A DNA stretch of 64,000 nucleotides from positions 20,319-84,318 of the forward strand of contig CAWIMH010000035.1 in assembly GCA_963837035.1 (NCBI GenBank), read 5' to 3'. A model generated the notes under the pieces. That model was given only the letters and a program-made list of their open reading frames with translations. It did not search any database and had not been told where the DNA came from. Below are positions 29,823-41,848 of the stretch, one piece after another. Every line of letters begins with the position of its first letter. The stretch's first letter is position 1. The translations under genes and the position numbers were made by a program. This DNA is from an uncultured Pseudomonadota bacterium (lineage in GTDB: Bacteria > Desulfobacterota > Binatia > Binatales > Binataceae).

Positions 29823-30221
29823 ATGTCGCAGACTGATCCGATTGCCGAACTGTTGACCCGCGTCCGCAACGCTATTCGGGCGCGGTACAACCAGGTTGAG
29901 CTCGCGCATTCGCGCATCCGTGAAGCAATTTGCCGCGTATTGCTGGCGGAAGGCTTTCTGGCCGGAATTGAAACCGCGGGCGAAGGTTACAAAAAGAAAC
30001 TGCTCCTCGCGCTGCGCTATTCACCCTCGCGCGAGCCGATAATTCGCGGAATCGATCGGATCAGTAAGCCGAGCCTGCGGCGCTACGCCGGTTCCAAGAC
30101 GATGCCGCGGGTATCGGGCGGGATGGCGGTTCACGTGGTCTCGACTCCGCTCGGCGTGATGACGGATCGGGAGGCGCGGCGGCGCAACGTTGGGGGCGAG
30201 ATTCTGCTGAGGGTATGGTAG
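29823..30221 (+). CDS. rpsH: 30S ribosomal protein S8
   Basis: MSQTDPIAELLTRVRNA signature. Confidence 0.96.
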   Translation: MSQTDPIAELLTRVRNAIRARYNQVELAHSRIREAICRVLLAEGFLAGIETAGEGYKKKLLLALRYSPSREPIIRGIDRISKPSLRRYAGSKTMPRVSGGMAVHVVSTPLGVMTDREARRRNVGGEILLRVW

Positions 30222-30231
30222 GAACGGACCG

Positions 30232-30783
30232 ATGTCGCGCATAGGAAGAATGCCGGTTGTGTTGGAGAAGGGCGTCAAGGCGACGCTCGCCGACGGCACG
30301 CTCAAAGTCGAAGGACCTAAGGGCAAACTGGAAACCCGGCTGATGCCGGGATTCACCCTCCAGATCAACGACAATCGGATCGAGGTAAGTCGTCCGGGCG
30401 ACGGCAAACAGGAGCGTGCCGCGCACGGTCTGATGCGCAAGCTGGTGGCCAATATGGTTGAAGGAGTCGGCAAAGGCTTCACCCGCGTGTTGGAGATCAA
30501 CGGCGTGGGTTACCGTGCGGAGGTCAAACCCGGCCAGATCAATTTCACGCTCGGCTACTCGCATCCGATCGTCTATCAACTCCCTCCCGGAGTGACCGCG
30601 CGGGTAGATCGCCAGGTGACCATCACGCTCGAGAGCGCTGACCGCCAGTTAATTGGTTCGGTTGCCGCGCAAATCCGCGAGTTGCGTCCACCGGAACCGT
30701 ACAAAGGCAAGGGCATCAAATATTCGACCGAAACGATTCGGCGCAAGGCCGGCAAGGCAGCGGCCGGAGCGAGCGCCGGCTAG
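30232..30783 (+). CDS. rplF: 50S ribosomal protein L6
   Basis: MSRIGRMPV...two L6 repeats. Confidence 0.96.
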   Translation: MSRIGRMPVVLEKGVKATLADGTLKVEGPKGKLETRLMPGFTLQINDNRIEVSRPGDGKQERAAHGLMRKLVANMVEGVGKGFTRVLEINGVGYRAEVKPGQINFTLGYSHPIVYQLPPGVTARVDRQVTITLESADRQLIGSVAAQIRELRPPEPYKGKGIKYSTETIRRKAGKAAAGASAG

Positions 30784-30801
30784 GAACATCCAGTTGCGAT
30801 T

Positions 30802-31164
30802 ATGGCTTTCGATCGGACCAAGAACCGAATAAAGCGCAGAGTGCGTGTGCGGTTGGCGGTGCGTGGTAGTGACGAACGTCCGCGCCTGTCGATATATCGC
30901 TCACTGCATCATATCTACGCCCAGGTAATTTCGGATGAATCAGGGCAGACCCTGCTCGCGGTTTCGACCCTCGCGCCGGGTCTGCGCGAAGATGCAAAAG
31001 GCAAACGCAACGTAGCCGCAGCTAAGGCGGTCGGTAAAACCGTGGCCGAACGCTGCCGGGAAAAGGGTATCAGCCGGGTAGTTTTTGATCGCAACGGGTT
31101 TCTCTATCACGGCCGGGTCAAAGCTCTCGCCGAAGCCGCGCGTGAGGCCGGACTTAAATTCTAA
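30802..31164 (+). CDS. rplR: 50S ribosomal protein L18
   Basis: L18 family ([16 protein letters not shown]). Confidence 0.95.
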   Translation: MAFDRTKNRIKRRVRVRLAVRGSDERPRLSIYRSLHHIYAQVISDESGQTLLAVSTLAPGLREDAKGKRNVAAAKAVGKTVAERCREKGISRVVFDRNGFLYHGRVKALAEAAREAGLKF

Positions 31165-31191
31165 AAACAGAGCGCATCAGGAAAAATCACC

Positions 31192-31701
31192 GTGGCACAA
31201 CGGATTGACCCGCAAGGGATGGATATCAAGGAAAAGGTCGTCAACATCAACCGTGTGGCCAAGGTGGTCAAAGGCGGCCGGCGTTTCAGTTTCAGCGCGT
31301 TGGTGGTGGCGGGCGATCAGAACGGGTTGGTGGGGTTCGGATTGGGCAAGGCGAACGAAGTGCCTGAAGCGATCCGCAAAGGCGTCGAACGCGCGAAGAA
31401 GAGCCTTATCCGGGTGCCGCTGCGTGCGGGGACGATTCCGCACCAGATCCTCGGCCGTTTTGGCGCGGGTAAGGTGATACTGAAACCGGCGTCGGAAGGG
31501 ACGGGAGTCATCGCGGCGGGCGGGGTGCGCGCGGTGGTCGAACTCGCCGGAATCCGCAACATCTTGACGAAGCGGCTCGGTTCGTCCAATCCGCACAACC
31601 TGGTCAAAGCGACGCTGCAGGCACTCTCGGAATTGCGCAACCCCGAGGACGTCAAAAAGTCCCGCGAAGTCGTGGCTGTCGCCGCGGCGCCGGCGGTCTA
31701 A
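31192..31701 (+). CDS. rpsE: 30S ribosomal protein S5
   Basis: [25 protein letters not shown] signature; GTG start. Confidence 0.95.
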   Translation: MAQRIDPQGMDIKEKVVNINRVAKVVKGGRRFSFSALVVAGDQNGLVGFGLGKANEVPEAIRKGVERAKKSLIRVPLRAGTIPHQILGRFGAGKVILKPASEGTGVIAAGGVRAVVELAGIRNILTKRLGSSNPHNLVKATLQALSELRNPEDVKKSREVVAVAAAPAV

Positions 31702-31715
31702 GGGTTCACGGCAGA

Positions 31716-31898
31716 ATGGACCAGACGATCAAAATTAAACTAGTGCGCAGCCCGATTGGTACGACCCAGCGAGTGCGGCAAACGCTTAAGGGACTGGGCC
31801 TGGGCAAGCTCGGCAGCAGCCGCACGCTCAAGTTGACTCCGCCCGTGGCCGGGATGCTGCGGCGGGTATCTCATCTCGTTGATGAAGTGAAGGAATAG
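31716..31898 (+). CDS. rpmD: 50S ribosomal protein L30
   Basis: 60 aa, [11 protein letters not shown]...TLKGLGL. Confidence 0.93.
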   Translation: MDQTIKIKLVRSPIGTTQRVRQTLKGLGLGKLGSSRTLKLTPPVAGMLRRVSHLVDEVKE

Positions 31899-31910
31899 GC
31901 GGCCGTCAGG

Positions 31911-32387
31911 ATGAAACTCCACGAATTGAAACCGTCACCTGGGTCGACTCGCCGGCGCAAGCGTATCGGCCGCGGAATTGGCTCGGGTCATGGCAAGACG
32001 GCGGGGCGCGGCCATAAGGGACTCGGCTCCCGATCGCATGGTAACACGCCCCCCGGCTATGAGGGCGGCCAGATGCCGCTGCAGCGGCGCATTCCCAAAC
32101 GCGGGTTCCGGCGGCTGCAGAAGAACGCGGTGCGGCGCGAAGAGACCGCCCTGGTCAACGTCGGCAGCCTTTCGGTTTTCGCCGAGGGGACGACGGTCGA
32201 CCCGGCGGCGCTGGCTGGTCGAGGGTTGGTGCGCGGCGGTTTGCGCATCAAGGTGCTGGGCGACGGGGAACTCAAGAGTAAGTTAACCATACGAGCCCAT
32301 GCCTTCTCGAAAGGCGCTCGCGAAAAGATCGCGGCGCTGGGCGGCATGGCCGAAGTGATCGAGGGCTCACAAACGCCGAATGCTTGA
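31911..32387 (+). CDS. rplO: 50S ribosomal protein L15
   Basis: MKLHELKP...RIGRGIGSGHGKTAGRGHKG signature. Confidence 0.96.
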   Translation: MKLHELKPSPGSTRRRKRIGRGIGSGHGKTAGRGHKGLGSRSHGNTPPGYEGGQMPLQRRIPKRGFRRLQKNAVRREETALVNVGSLSVFAEGTTVDPAALAGRGLVRGGLRIKVLGDGELKSKLTIRAHAFSKGAREKIAALGGMAEVIEGSQTPNA

Positions 32388-33687
32388 GGGGTTCTCAAAC
32401 GCCTCGCGCGTCCCGGAATTGCGCCGGCGGCTGCTCTTCACAGCCGCGATGCTGGTGGTGTACCGAATCGGTATCGCGGTGCCCACTCCGGGGATCGACG
32501 GACAGGCGCTGTCGGCTTTTTTCAACCAGTTTTCGAATTCACTGTTCGGATACGTCAATTTGTTTTCGGGTGGTGGACTGGAGCGATTCTCGGTCTTCGC
32601 GCTCGGAATCATGCCCTATATTTCGGTTGCGATCATTCTGGACCTCCTTAAGATCGGCTGGCCCTATCTGGAAGAACTCTACAAAGAGGGAGAAGCGGGG
32701 CGGCGCAAGATTTCCCAGTACACTCGCTACGGCACGGTCGGGCTGGGAATCGTCCAGGGAACCGGAATCGCCTATGGCCTCCAGAGCGCGCAGGCCCCCG
32801 GCGGCGGCGCGATTGTATACCATCCGGGGCTCGCGTTTATCGTCATGACCGTAATTACGGTTACGACCGGAACCATGTTCGTGATGTGGATCGGAGAGCA
32901 GATAACCGAGCGCGGGGTCGGCAACGGAATCTCGCTGATTATCATGGCGGGAATCGTGGCGCGGCTGCCCAGCGCGGTTGGTACGACGACTCAGTTCCTG
33001 CGCGAAGGCGAAATGAGCATCTTCGTGCTCGTCATCATCATTCTCGTGGTCTTTGGAGTGACTGCCGGAATCGTCTACGTTGAAAGTGGCCAGAGGCGGA
33101 TTCCGGTCCAATATGCACGGCGCGTGGTGGGGCGGCGGGTCTACGGCGGTCAGAGCAGTCATCTGCCGCTGAAGGTCAATACATCGGGGGTTATCCCGCC
33201 GATTTTCGCCTCTTCGCTACTGGTGGTTCCGGCCACGCTCGCGGCCTTTGTGCCCGCGCTCAAGCCCTTCACGGGCTATCTTACGCCGGGCGGGTTTATA
33301 TATAATATCATCTACGTTGGGCTTATAGTTTTCTTTTGTTATTTCTATACCGCGGTCACGTTCAACCCGGTCGACGTTGCCGACAACCTCAAGAAGTACG
33401 GTGGATTTATCCCGGGAATCAGGCCGGGGCGCTCAACCACCGACTATATCGATCGAGTGCTGTCGCGGATCACACTGGGCGGCGCGATTTACGTAAGCGC
33501 GGTATGCGTATTGCCGACGATCCTGATGCAACGCTTTAATGTGCCGTTTTATTTCGGGGGTACGGCCTTGCTGATCGTGGTCGGCGTGGCACTGGATACG
33601 GCGGCTCAAATACAGAGCCATTTGCTGGCGCACAACTACGAAGGTTTCATGCGCCGCGGTCGTGTTCGATCGAGGAGAGGAGAATAA
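32380..33687 (+). CDS. secY: preprotein translocase subunit SecY
   Basis: 435 aa, 10 TM segments, LRRRLLFT...GIMPYISVAIIL signatures; overlaps rplO by 8 nt. Confidence 0.96.
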   Translation: MLEGFSNASRVPELRRRLLFTAAMLVVYRIGIAVPTPGIDGQALSAFFNQFSNSLFGYVNLFSGGGLERFSVFALGIMPYISVAIILDLLKIGWPYLEELYKEGEAGRRKISQYTRYGTVGLGIVQGTGIAYGLQSAQAPGGGAIVYHPGLAFIVMTVITVTTGTMFVMWIGEQITERGVGNGISLIIMAGIVARLPSAVGTTTQFLREGEMSIFVLVIIILVVFGVTAGIVYVESGQRRIPVQYARRVVGRRVYGGQSSHLPLKVNTSGVIPPIFASSLLVVPATLAAFVPALKPFTGYLTPGGFIYNIIYVGLIVFFCYFYTAVTFNPVDVADNLKKYGGFIPGIRPGRSTTDYIDRVLSRITLGGAIYVSAVCVLPTILMQRFNVPFYFGGTALLIVVGVALDTAAQIQSHLLAHNYEGFMRRGRVRSRRGE

Positions 33688-33691
33688 GCTC

Positions 33692-34363
33692 GTGCGGCTT
33701 GTCCTGTTAGGTCCGCCAGGCGCCGGCAAGGGCACTCAGGCGCGTATGCTCGAAGCGGAACTCCACGTTCCACAGGTCGCCAGCGGCGACCTCCTGCGGG
33801 CCGCCGTGCGCAATCGAACGGCGCTTGGCTCCAAGGCCAAGAACTTCATGGACAAAGGGGCGCTCGTGCCGGATGAACTGGTACTCGGCCTGATCAACGA
33901 GCGGCTGAGTCAGCCCGACGCAACCAGCGGGTTTATTCTTGATGGATTTCCGCGGACTGTGGCTCAGGCTGAAACGCTGGCGCGGATGCTCGCGGATCGC
34001 AACGAGAAACTGGACAAGGTAGTGGCGATCACTGTCCCGGATGATGAAATCGTCAAGCGCATCTCGGGGCGGCGCACCTGCCGCAACTGCGGCGCGATGT
34101 ACCATGAGATATACGACCCGCCGCGCAATATGAATATCTGCAACTCGTGCAACGGCGAGCTTTATTTGCGGGAAGACGACGCGGAGGACACCGTACGCGC
34201 GCGGCTTGACGTCTACGCCGCGTCGACGCGGCCGTTGCTGGAGCATTACGGGCGGCAGGGCCTGCTAATCCAGATCCAGGGGATCGGACAGCCACAGGAG
34301 ATCGAGAAAAAAATCATGGCTGCGCTCGCAGCGGAAACGCCGGCATCTAAGAGGCAGAAGTGA
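33692..34363 (+). CDS. adk: adenylate kinase (zinc-lid type)
   Basis: MRLVLLGPPGAGKGTQA P-loop; lid with CRNC...CNSC; GTG 33692 with GGAGAGGAG SD preferred over the upstream start of the ORF track (33662), which overlaps secY. Confidence 0.92.
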   Translation: MRLVLLGPPGAGKGTQARMLEAELHVPQVASGDLLRAAVRNRTALGSKAKNFMDKGALVPDELVLGLINERLSQPDATSGFILDGFPRTVAQAETLARMLADRNEKLDKVVAITVPDDEIVKRISGRRTCRNCGAMYHEIYDPPRNMNICNSCNGELYLREDDAEDTVRARLDVYAASTRPLLEHYGRQGLLIQIQGIGQPQEIEKKIMAALAAETPASKRQK

Positions 34364-35139
34364 TCACTCTCAAAAATCGCGACGAGATCGAGTTGATGCG
34401 TCAGGCCAACCAGATCGTGGCCGAAGTGCTCGAGGAATTGATCACGGCGGCGCGGCCGGGAGTCAGTACGCTCGATCTCGACCGGCTGGCCGAGGAACTG
34501 ACTCTTAAAAAGGGCGCCCGGCCGGTGTTCAAAGGCTACAAGCCCGGCGCCGTCGAGTATCGCCATAGCCTCTGCGTGTCGATCAACAGTGAGATCGTGC
34601 ATGGCGTCCCGCGGGCCGGGCGACGGCTCAAGCCTGGCGATATCGTCGGGCTCGACTTCGGCGTGATCTATAAAGGCTACTGCGGCGACGCGGCCCGCAC
34701 GATCGCGATCGGAAAGGTTACCGATCAGGCGCAACTGCTGATGAAGGTGACGCGCGACGCGCTCTACGCTGCGATCGCTCAAGCACGGGTGGGCAACCGG
34801 ATGAGCGATATCGGCCGTTCGGTGCAGGCCACCGCGGAGAGTGCCGGCTTCTCTGTAGTAACCGAATTCGCCGGACATGGAATCGGCCGCAGATTGCATG
34901 AAGATCCCCAGGTGCCGAACTACTTCCGTGTCGGCATGCCGAATCCGCGCCTGCAGGAAGGGATGGTCCTCGCCATCGAACCGATGATTAACGAAGGTAC
35001 ACCGGACCTGGAAATACTCGATGATGGTTGGACGGCCGTGACCGCCGACGGCAAGCTTTCGGCTCACTTCGAGCACTCCATCGCAATAACCGCCAACGGG
35101 CCTAAAGTCTTGAGCGAGTTGAGTAATGTCGAAGGGTGA
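34360..35139 (+). CDS. map: type I methionine aminopeptidase
   Basis: 259 aa MetAP family with conserved metal ligands (D..D..H..E..E pattern). Confidence 0.93.
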   Translation: MITLKNRDEIELMRQANQIVAEVLEELITAARPGVSTLDLDRLAEELTLKKGARPVFKGYKPGAVEYRHSLCVSINSEIVHGVPRAGRRLKPGDIVGLDFGVIYKGYCGDAARTIAIGKVTDQAQLLMKVTRDALYAAIAQARVGNRMSDIGRSVQATAESAGFSVVTEFAGHGIGRRLHEDPQVPNYFRVGMPNPRLQEGMVLAIEPMINEGTPDLEILDDGWTAVTADGKLSAHFEHSIAITANGPKVLSELSNVEG

Positions 35140-35344
35140 CGCAATTGAAGTGAGCGGAATGGTGCTCGAGGCCCTTCCTAATGCGATGTTCCGGGTGTCG
35201 CTCGAGAATGGGCACCGCGTACTCGCCCACATCTCTGGTAAGATGCGCATGCATTACATCAAAATTCTTCCGGGTGATCGCGTGACGGTCGAGCTGTCGC
35301 CTTATGATCTTACGCGCGGACGAATCACCTACCGGATGCGCTGA
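35126..35344 (+). CDS. infA: translation initiation factor IF-1
   Basis: 72 aa S1-like OB fold, [25 protein letters not shown]. Confidence 0.95.
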   Translation: MSKGDAIEVSGMVLEALPNAMFRVSLENGHRVLAHISGKMRMHYIKILPGDRVTVELSPYDLTRGRITYRMR

Positions 35345-35361
35345 GCGGAACGGGAAATGCC

Positions 35362-35475
35362 ATGAAGGTTCGCCCCTCAGTCAAAAAGATTTGCAAGAAC
35401 TGCAAGGTAGTGCGCCGCGAAGGCGTGGTCAGGATTTTGTGCTCGAACCCACGCCACAAGCAGCGGCAAGGATAA
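35362..35475 (+). CDS. rpmJ: 50S ribosomal protein L36 (zinc type)
   Basis: hand-translated [37 protein letters not shown] (37 aa, C-x2-C-x12-C-x4-H); absent from the ORF track because of its length; canonical position between infA and rpsM. Confidence 0.92.
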   Translation: MKVRPSVKKICKNCKVVRREGVVRILCSNPRHKQRQG

Positions 35476-35491
35476 GTGGGAGGTTCGTTCG

Positions 35492-35875
35492 ATGGCGCGT
35501 GTGTCCGGAGTCGAATTGCCCAGAAACAAGCGCATGGACATTGCGCTCACCTATATCTACGGCATCGGCCGCTCCATGGCGCGCCAGATTCTTGATAAGG
35601 CCAAGGTGCCGCTGGAGCGTAAAAGCGACGACCTCACCGGCGATGAGCAGGTGCGGATTCGCCAGGTAATCGACCAGGACAGTAAGGTCGAAGGTGACCT
35701 CCGGCGCGAGGTGCAGCAGTCGATCAAGCGGTTGATGGATCTTGGGAGTTACCGTGGCATCCGCCATCGCCGCGGCTTGCCGGTGCGCGGCCAACGGACT
35801 CATACGAATGCGCGGACGCGCAAGGGACCGCGCAAGTTGGTCGCGGGTCGCAAGGCGCCGCCACCAAGGGGTTGA
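35492..35875 (+). CDS. rpsM: 30S ribosomal protein S13
   Basis: [14 protein letters not shown]... S13 signature. Confidence 0.96.
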   Translation: MARVSGVELPRNKRMDIALTYIYGIGRSMARQILDKAKVPLERKSDDLTGDEQVRIRQVIDQDSKVEGDLRREVQQSIKRLMDLGSYRGIRHRRGLPVRGQRTHTNARTRKGPRKLVAGRKAPPPRG

Positions 35876-35946
35876 TGGTCAACGTGATGCGAGACGAACA
35901 GGCGAGTACCGCTTTGGTCGCGAACGGGTAACGGACATAGAACAAA

Positions 35947-36429
35947 ATGGCTGACGAAATCAAGGAAGCAAAGCCGGCTCCGCAGCGTGCGGCCTCGACT
36001 CCACCGCCCGCCGGCGGACCAGCGGGTGCAGCTACAGCAGCCGGCGCAGCGCCCGCTCCGCGACGCCGGCGTGCACGGCGTAACGTTCCGGAGGGGATCG
36101 CCCACGTCCATGCGACCTTCAATAACACCATCGTAACGATTACCGATCCGCAGGGTCTGGTCATCGCCTGGTCGAGCGCGGGGTCGGTGGGATTCAAAGG
36201 CTCGCGCAAAGGTACGCCCTTCGCGGCTCAGATGGCGGCGGAAGCGTGCGCGCGCAAGGTTTCGGATTTCGGCATGAGAGCGGTGCTGGTGCATGTCAAC
36301 GGCCCAGGTGGCGGACGCGAATCGGCGGTGCGCGCCCTGCAGGCGGCCGGGCTCAACGTAATCTCGATCAAAGACGTAACGCCGATACCGCATAACGGAT
36401 GCCGGCCGCCCAAGCGGCGACGCGTCTGA
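35947..36429 (+). CDS. rpsK: 30S ribosomal protein S11, with an Ala/Pro-rich N-terminal extension
   Basis: core [18 protein letters not shown]...[16 protein letters not shown]; about 30 extra N-terminal residues. Confidence 0.92.
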   Translation: MADEIKEAKPAPQRAASTPPPAGGPAGAATAAGAAPAPRRRRARRNVPEGIAHVHATFNNTIVTITDPQGLVIAWSSAGSVGFKGSRKGTPFAAQMAAEACARKVSDFGMRAVLVHVNGPGGGRESAVRALQAAGLNVISIKDVTPIPHNGCRPPKRRRV

Positions 36430-36454
36430 CGCGGCGGTAGATTAAGGAAGCGAA

Positions 36455-37081
36455 GTGGCTAGAAATCTCGGGCCGGTATGCCGACTGTGTCGGCGCGAAG
36501 GACTGAAGCTCTTTCTCAAGGGCGAGCGTTGCTATACTGACAAGTGCGCGATCGAACGGCGCAACTATCCGCCCGGAGCGCATGGACAGGCGCGCACGCG
36601 TTTTTCGGAATTTTCGATTCGCTTGCGCGAGAAGCAGAAAGTGAAGCGAATTTACGGGTTGCTCGAAAAGCAATTCGCGGGTTACTTCGCGATGGCGGAG
36701 CGGATGCCGGGTATCACCGGTGAAAACCTGCTGGTGCTGCTCGAGCGGCGGCTCGACAACGTGGTTTATCGGCTCGGCTTCGCCAGTTCGCTCGCGCAGG
36801 CGCGCCAGCTCGTTCGCCACGGCCATGTCGAGGTCGATGGCAAGCCGGTCACGATTCCGTCGTACTTGCTCGGAGTCAACCAGGTGGTGAGCATCGGCGA
36901 GAAGAGCCGGCAGAAAAAAGTCGTGGTCGAGGCGATTGAGCTGGCTCAGCGTCGTGGAGTGGCGCCCTGGATCCAGCTCGAACGAGAGCAATTCCGCGGT
37001 ACGCTCAAGGCGTTTCCGGCACGGGCAGATCTCACGATGCCGATTAGCGAGAAGCTCATCGTCGAGCACTATTCGCGTTAG
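36455..37081 (+). CDS. rpsD: 30S ribosomal protein S4
   Basis: [26 protein letters not shown] signature; GTG start. Confidence 0.95.
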   Translation: MARNLGPVCRLCRREGLKLFLKGERCYTDKCAIERRNYPPGAHGQARTRFSEFSIRLREKQKVKRIYGLLEKQFAGYFAMAERMPGITGENLLVLLERRLDNVVYRLGFASSLAQARQLVRHGHVEVDGKPVTIPSYLLGVNQVVSIGEKSRQKKVVVEAIELAQRRGVAPWIQLEREQFRGTLKAFPARADLTMPISEKLIVEHYSR

Positions 37082-37139
37082 ATTGCGGTGGCGGATCACA
37101 CGCCCCGTTAAAATTTCCTTCGGCGGTAAGAAGAGAACT

Positions 37140-38165
37140 ATGCAGAATGATTGGCGTGACCTGATCAAACCCAAGACCGTGGAGTTTGAGGAAAAGGAAC
37201 AGACCCAGAGTTACGGGCGCTTTTTCGCCGAGCCGCTCGAGCGCGGGTACGGGACCACGATCGGCAATTCGCTGCGCCGCATCCTGCTCTCCTCGCTGCC
37301 CGGCTTCGCGATCACTGCGGTCCGGATCAAGGGCGTGCTCCACGAATTCTCCACGATCCCCGGCGTCAAAGAGGACGTCACCGATATCGTGCTCAACCTC
37401 AAGGAAGTTCGTTTGCGGCTGCACGAGGGCGATCAGTTGACCGCGACGCTCAAAGCCAAAGGCGAAGCTATCGTAACTGCGCGCGATATCACGGGCGGCC
37501 CGAGTCTCGAAATACTCGAGCCCGATCGGCGCATCGCGACGCTCGATAAGGGCGCCGATCTCGACATGGAAATCGTCATCAAGCGCGGCCGCGGCTACGT
37601 CCCCGGCGAGCGGACCGAGGACGAGGAACCGATCGGCACGATTCGGTTGGACGCGGTCTTCGCGCCGGTAAAAAAAGTCAACTTTACCGTGACCAACGCC
37701 CGCGTGGGCCAGCGCACCGACTACGATCGTCTCGCCCTCGAAATCTGGACCGACGGCTCGATCTCGCCGCGCGAAGCGCTGACCTACGCGGCCCGCGTGA
37801 TCCGCGATCAGATGGCAATCTTCGCCGGTGTCGAAGAAGAGGCCGAAGTCCCGATGGTGGGCGAGCGTCCCGAGATCCGCCCGACCTTCAACGAATATCT
37901 CTACCGCCCGGTCGAAGGACTCCCGATCTCGGTGCGGGCCTTCAACGGTCTGCAGAATGCGGATATCAAGTATATTGGCGAACTGGTGCAGCGCACCGAG
38001 CAGGATATGCTCAAGATCAAGAACTTCGGCCGCAAATCATTGAATGAAATCAAAGAAGTGCTGACCGACATGGGCCTTTCGCTCGGCATGCGGCTGGATA
38101 ATCTCCCGTCGCGCAGCGAGCTCGACCGGATGTGGGAAGAACAGGAACGGCGCGAGTCGGCCTAA
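37140..38165 (+). CDS. rpoA: DNA-directed RNA polymerase subunit alpha
   Basis: MQNDWRDLIKPK...N-terminal domain and C-terminal alpha-CTD (FNGLQNADIKYIGELV); the ORF track's 36936 start is in-frame read-through from rpsD. Confidence 0.95.
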   Translation: MQNDWRDLIKPKTVEFEEKEQTQSYGRFFAEPLERGYGTTIGNSLRRILLSSLPGFAITAVRIKGVLHEFSTIPGVKEDVTDIVLNLKEVRLRLHEGDQLTATLKAKGEAIVTARDITGGPSLEILEPDRRIATLDKGADLDMEIVIKRGRGYVPGERTEDEEPIGTIRLDAVFAPVKKVNFTVTNARVGQRTDYDRLALEIWTDGSISPREALTYAARVIRDQMAIFAGVEEEAEVPMVGERPEIRPTFNEYLYRPVEGLPISVRAFNGLQNADIKYIGELVQRTEQDMLKIKNFGRKSLNEIKEVLTDMGLSLGMRLDNLPSRSELDRMWEEQERRESA

Positions 38166-38195
38166 GCCGCGAGCCGCCAGCCTGGGAGTGAATCG

Positions 38196-38642
38196 ATGCG
38201 CCATCTGAACCAGGGCCGCAAGCTTAATCGTACCTCGGCCCATCGCAAGGCTCTGTTCCGCAATCTTGTGCTTGCGCTCGTGAGCCATGGACGAATCAAA
38301 ACGACCGACGCCAAGGCCAAGGAAATGCGGCGCTACGCCGATCGCATGGTGACACTCGGCAAACGCGGGGACCTCGCCGCGCGGCGCCTGGCGTTCGCCT
38401 TCATGCACTCCCATGATGCGGTCAAGAAGCTTTTCGACGAGATCGCTCCGCGTTTCAAAGAGCGCAACGGGGGCTATACCCGCGTAGTGAAATTCGGCGT
38501 CCGCCGCGGTGACGCGGCGCCGCTGTCAGTGGTAGAGTTCAGCGATTTCTCCGATCAGACGACGGCGAAGAAGCCGCGCAAAAAGCGCAGCGCCCGTCGC
38601 GAAGATCAGCGCGATCAACGGCGAGTCGCCGCGGCCGGCTAA
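38196..38642 (+). CDS. rplQ: 50S ribosomal protein L17
   Basis: [24 protein letters not shown] signature; basic C-terminal tail. Confidence 0.95.
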   Translation: MRHLNQGRKLNRTSAHRKALFRNLVLALVSHGRIKTTDAKAKEMRRYADRMVTLGKRGDLAARRLAFAFMHSHDAVKKLFDEIAPRFKERNGGYTRVVKFGVRRGDAAPLSVVEFSDFSDQTTAKKPRKKRSARREDQRDQRRVAAAG

Positions 38643-38876
38643 CTCGACCGGTCTTCACATACCGGCCGGATAGTGCGTTTGCCCGGGAGCAAGGGCAGTA
38701 ATTCGTCGCCCAAAACCCAATGCGCTGGCTCTATAGTCCTGGGCGCATCAGGGCTGGTAATTGCGTAGATTTGCCAGCGTACGACTAAAGCCCGGATCAT
38801 TTCTCCAAGCGCTTCGATCGCTTAACTTCGCCCGTCCGTGACCGTCTGGTAAGATAGAAAGCAGGTGAACAAGCCG

Positions 38877-40325
<1,449 letters not shown>

Positions 40326-40341
40326 CGCGGGGGTTGCGGGT

Positions 40342-41694
40342 ATGGCTCAACTCGATGCGGCGCTCGCCGAATGGGTTCTCAGTGAAGCGCATCGCCACGG
40401 TGCTACTGCGGCCGAAGTGCTGTTCGTTGGCGCCGAATCAACCGCCGCCGGCGTCCGGCTGGGTGAGGTCGAGAAGCTCAAGAGTTCGCGCGAACGGCGC
40501 CTGGGCCTGCGTATCTTCATCGACCACTCCTCCGCCAATGCCTCGACGGCTGAGCTCGAGCGCGATTCGCTGGAAGCTTTCATCGCCGACACCGTCAGAC
40601 TGGCGCGTTTGACCGCCGCCGATCCGTCTTCGGGTCTGCCCGACGCCGCGCTCCATCCCGATCACCTGCTCGAACTCGACCTCGCCGACCCGGACCACGG
40701 ACTGGTCGGTGCGGACGAGGCGTTGAAGATCGCGCGCACCGCGGAACGCGCGGCATTGGGCGCAGATCCGCGAATCAAGAATTCCGAGGGCGCGGAATTC
40801 GATTCTGCCCGCTACCAGGTACTCTTCGCCAACAGCCAGGGCTTTTCCGGCGAGTACGCCGGCACTTCGTTCAATCTCGGCGTCGCCCCAATCGCACAAA
40901 GCGCCGACGGCAAAATGCAGCAGGGTTACTGGTACACCGCGAACCGCCATTTCGGCCGACTCGAGGATGCGGCGTCGGTGGGTCTGACTGCGGCGAAGCG
41001 CGCGCTGCGCCGCCTCGGCTCGCAGAAGATCAAGACCACCCGCGCGCCCATCGTGTTCGATCCCGACATGGCGGCGTCATTGCTGCGCTCGGTCGCGGGA
41101 GCGGCGTCCGGGCCTTCGCTCTATAAAGGGGCTTCGTTCCTCGTCGGCAAGCTCGGCGCCCAGATTGCAGCGGCGAACGTCAACGTCTTCGACGACGGTA
41201 CGATGCGCGCCGGGATGGGCTCGCGGCCCTTCGACGGCGAAGGGTTGGCCACGAATCGCAAGGCGCTGGTTGAAAATGGTGTGCTCAAAACTTACCTGCT
41301 CGACGCGTATTCGGCACGAAAGCTGAAGCTCGCCCCCACCGGCAACGCCTCGCGTGCGGTCGGTGATTCGCCCACCGTCAGCCCGACCAACCTCTACCTC
41401 GAGCCGGGCCGTTATACCCCCGAAGAGATCGTCGGCTCGGTCAAGCAAGGGCTCTATGTGACGGAGCTTATCGGCTTCGGCGTGAACGGCGTGACCGGCG
41501 ACTATTCCCGCGGGGCGGGCGGCATGTGGATCGAAAACGGCGAACTGGCCTTTCCTGTGCAAGAGATTACCATCGCGGGAAATCTGAAAGAGATGTTCCT
41601 GTCGATCGAGATGATCGGCAACGATCTCAAATGGCGGTCGCCGGTGGTCTCGCCGACGATCAAAATCGCCGAGATGATGATCGCGGGAGAATAA
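40342..41694 (+). CDS. pmbA: TldE/PmbA protease partner (peptidase U62)
   Basis: 450 aa U62 paralogue lacking HExxxH, immediately downstream of tldD; MAQLDAAL start preferred over in-frame read-through from 40210. Confidence 0.88.
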   Translation: MAQLDAALAEWVLSEAHRHGATAAEVLFVGAESTAAGVRLGEVEKLKSSRERRLGLRIFIDHSSANASTAELERDSLEAFIADTVRLARLTAADPSSGLPDAALHPDHLLELDLADPDHGLVGADEALKIARTAERAALGADPRIKNSEGAEFDSARYQVLFANSQGFSGEYAGTSFNLGVAPIAQSADGKMQQGYWYTANRHFGRLEDAASVGLTAAKRALRRLGSQKIKTTRAPIVFDPDMAASLLRSVAGAASGPSLYKGASFLVGKLGAQIAAANVNVFDDGTMRAGMGSRPFDGEGLATNRKALVENGVLKTYLLDAYSARKLKLAPTGNASRAVGDSPTVSPTNLYLEPGRYTPEEIVGSVKQGLYVTELIGFGVNGVTGDYSRGAGGMWIENGELAFPVQEITIAGNLKEMFLSIEMIGNDLKWRSPVVSPTIKIAEMMIAGE

Positions 41695-41848
41695 GCGGAA
41701 ACCATCCCCTGTTATCCGTCAGCCGGGCGACGCTCGGCGGACAACAGCTACCTTCGCCGGGTCTGCGCACGCTTTTAAGGCCGCCTCAGCAGTCGTTTGC
41801 GTCTGGCGCGTAAATGGTTATCTTCCAACGGTAGAGGGGCGATCACGA

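Noticed and set aside
35304-35669. 121-aa ORF spanning the infA end, rpmJ and the rpsM start
   Set aside because: It is out of frame with three conserved genes. The real gene here is the 37-aa rpmJ (35362..35475)
36936-37139. N-terminal 68-codon extension of the rpoA ORF; likewise upstream extensions at 18806 (rpsL), 23106 (rpsJ), 33662 (adk), 40210 (pmbA), 45892 (cupredoxin) and 56595 (CoA-transferase)
   Set aside because: These are in-frame read-through from the preceding gene or region. Conserved N-termini and RBS placement support the internal starts listed in the features
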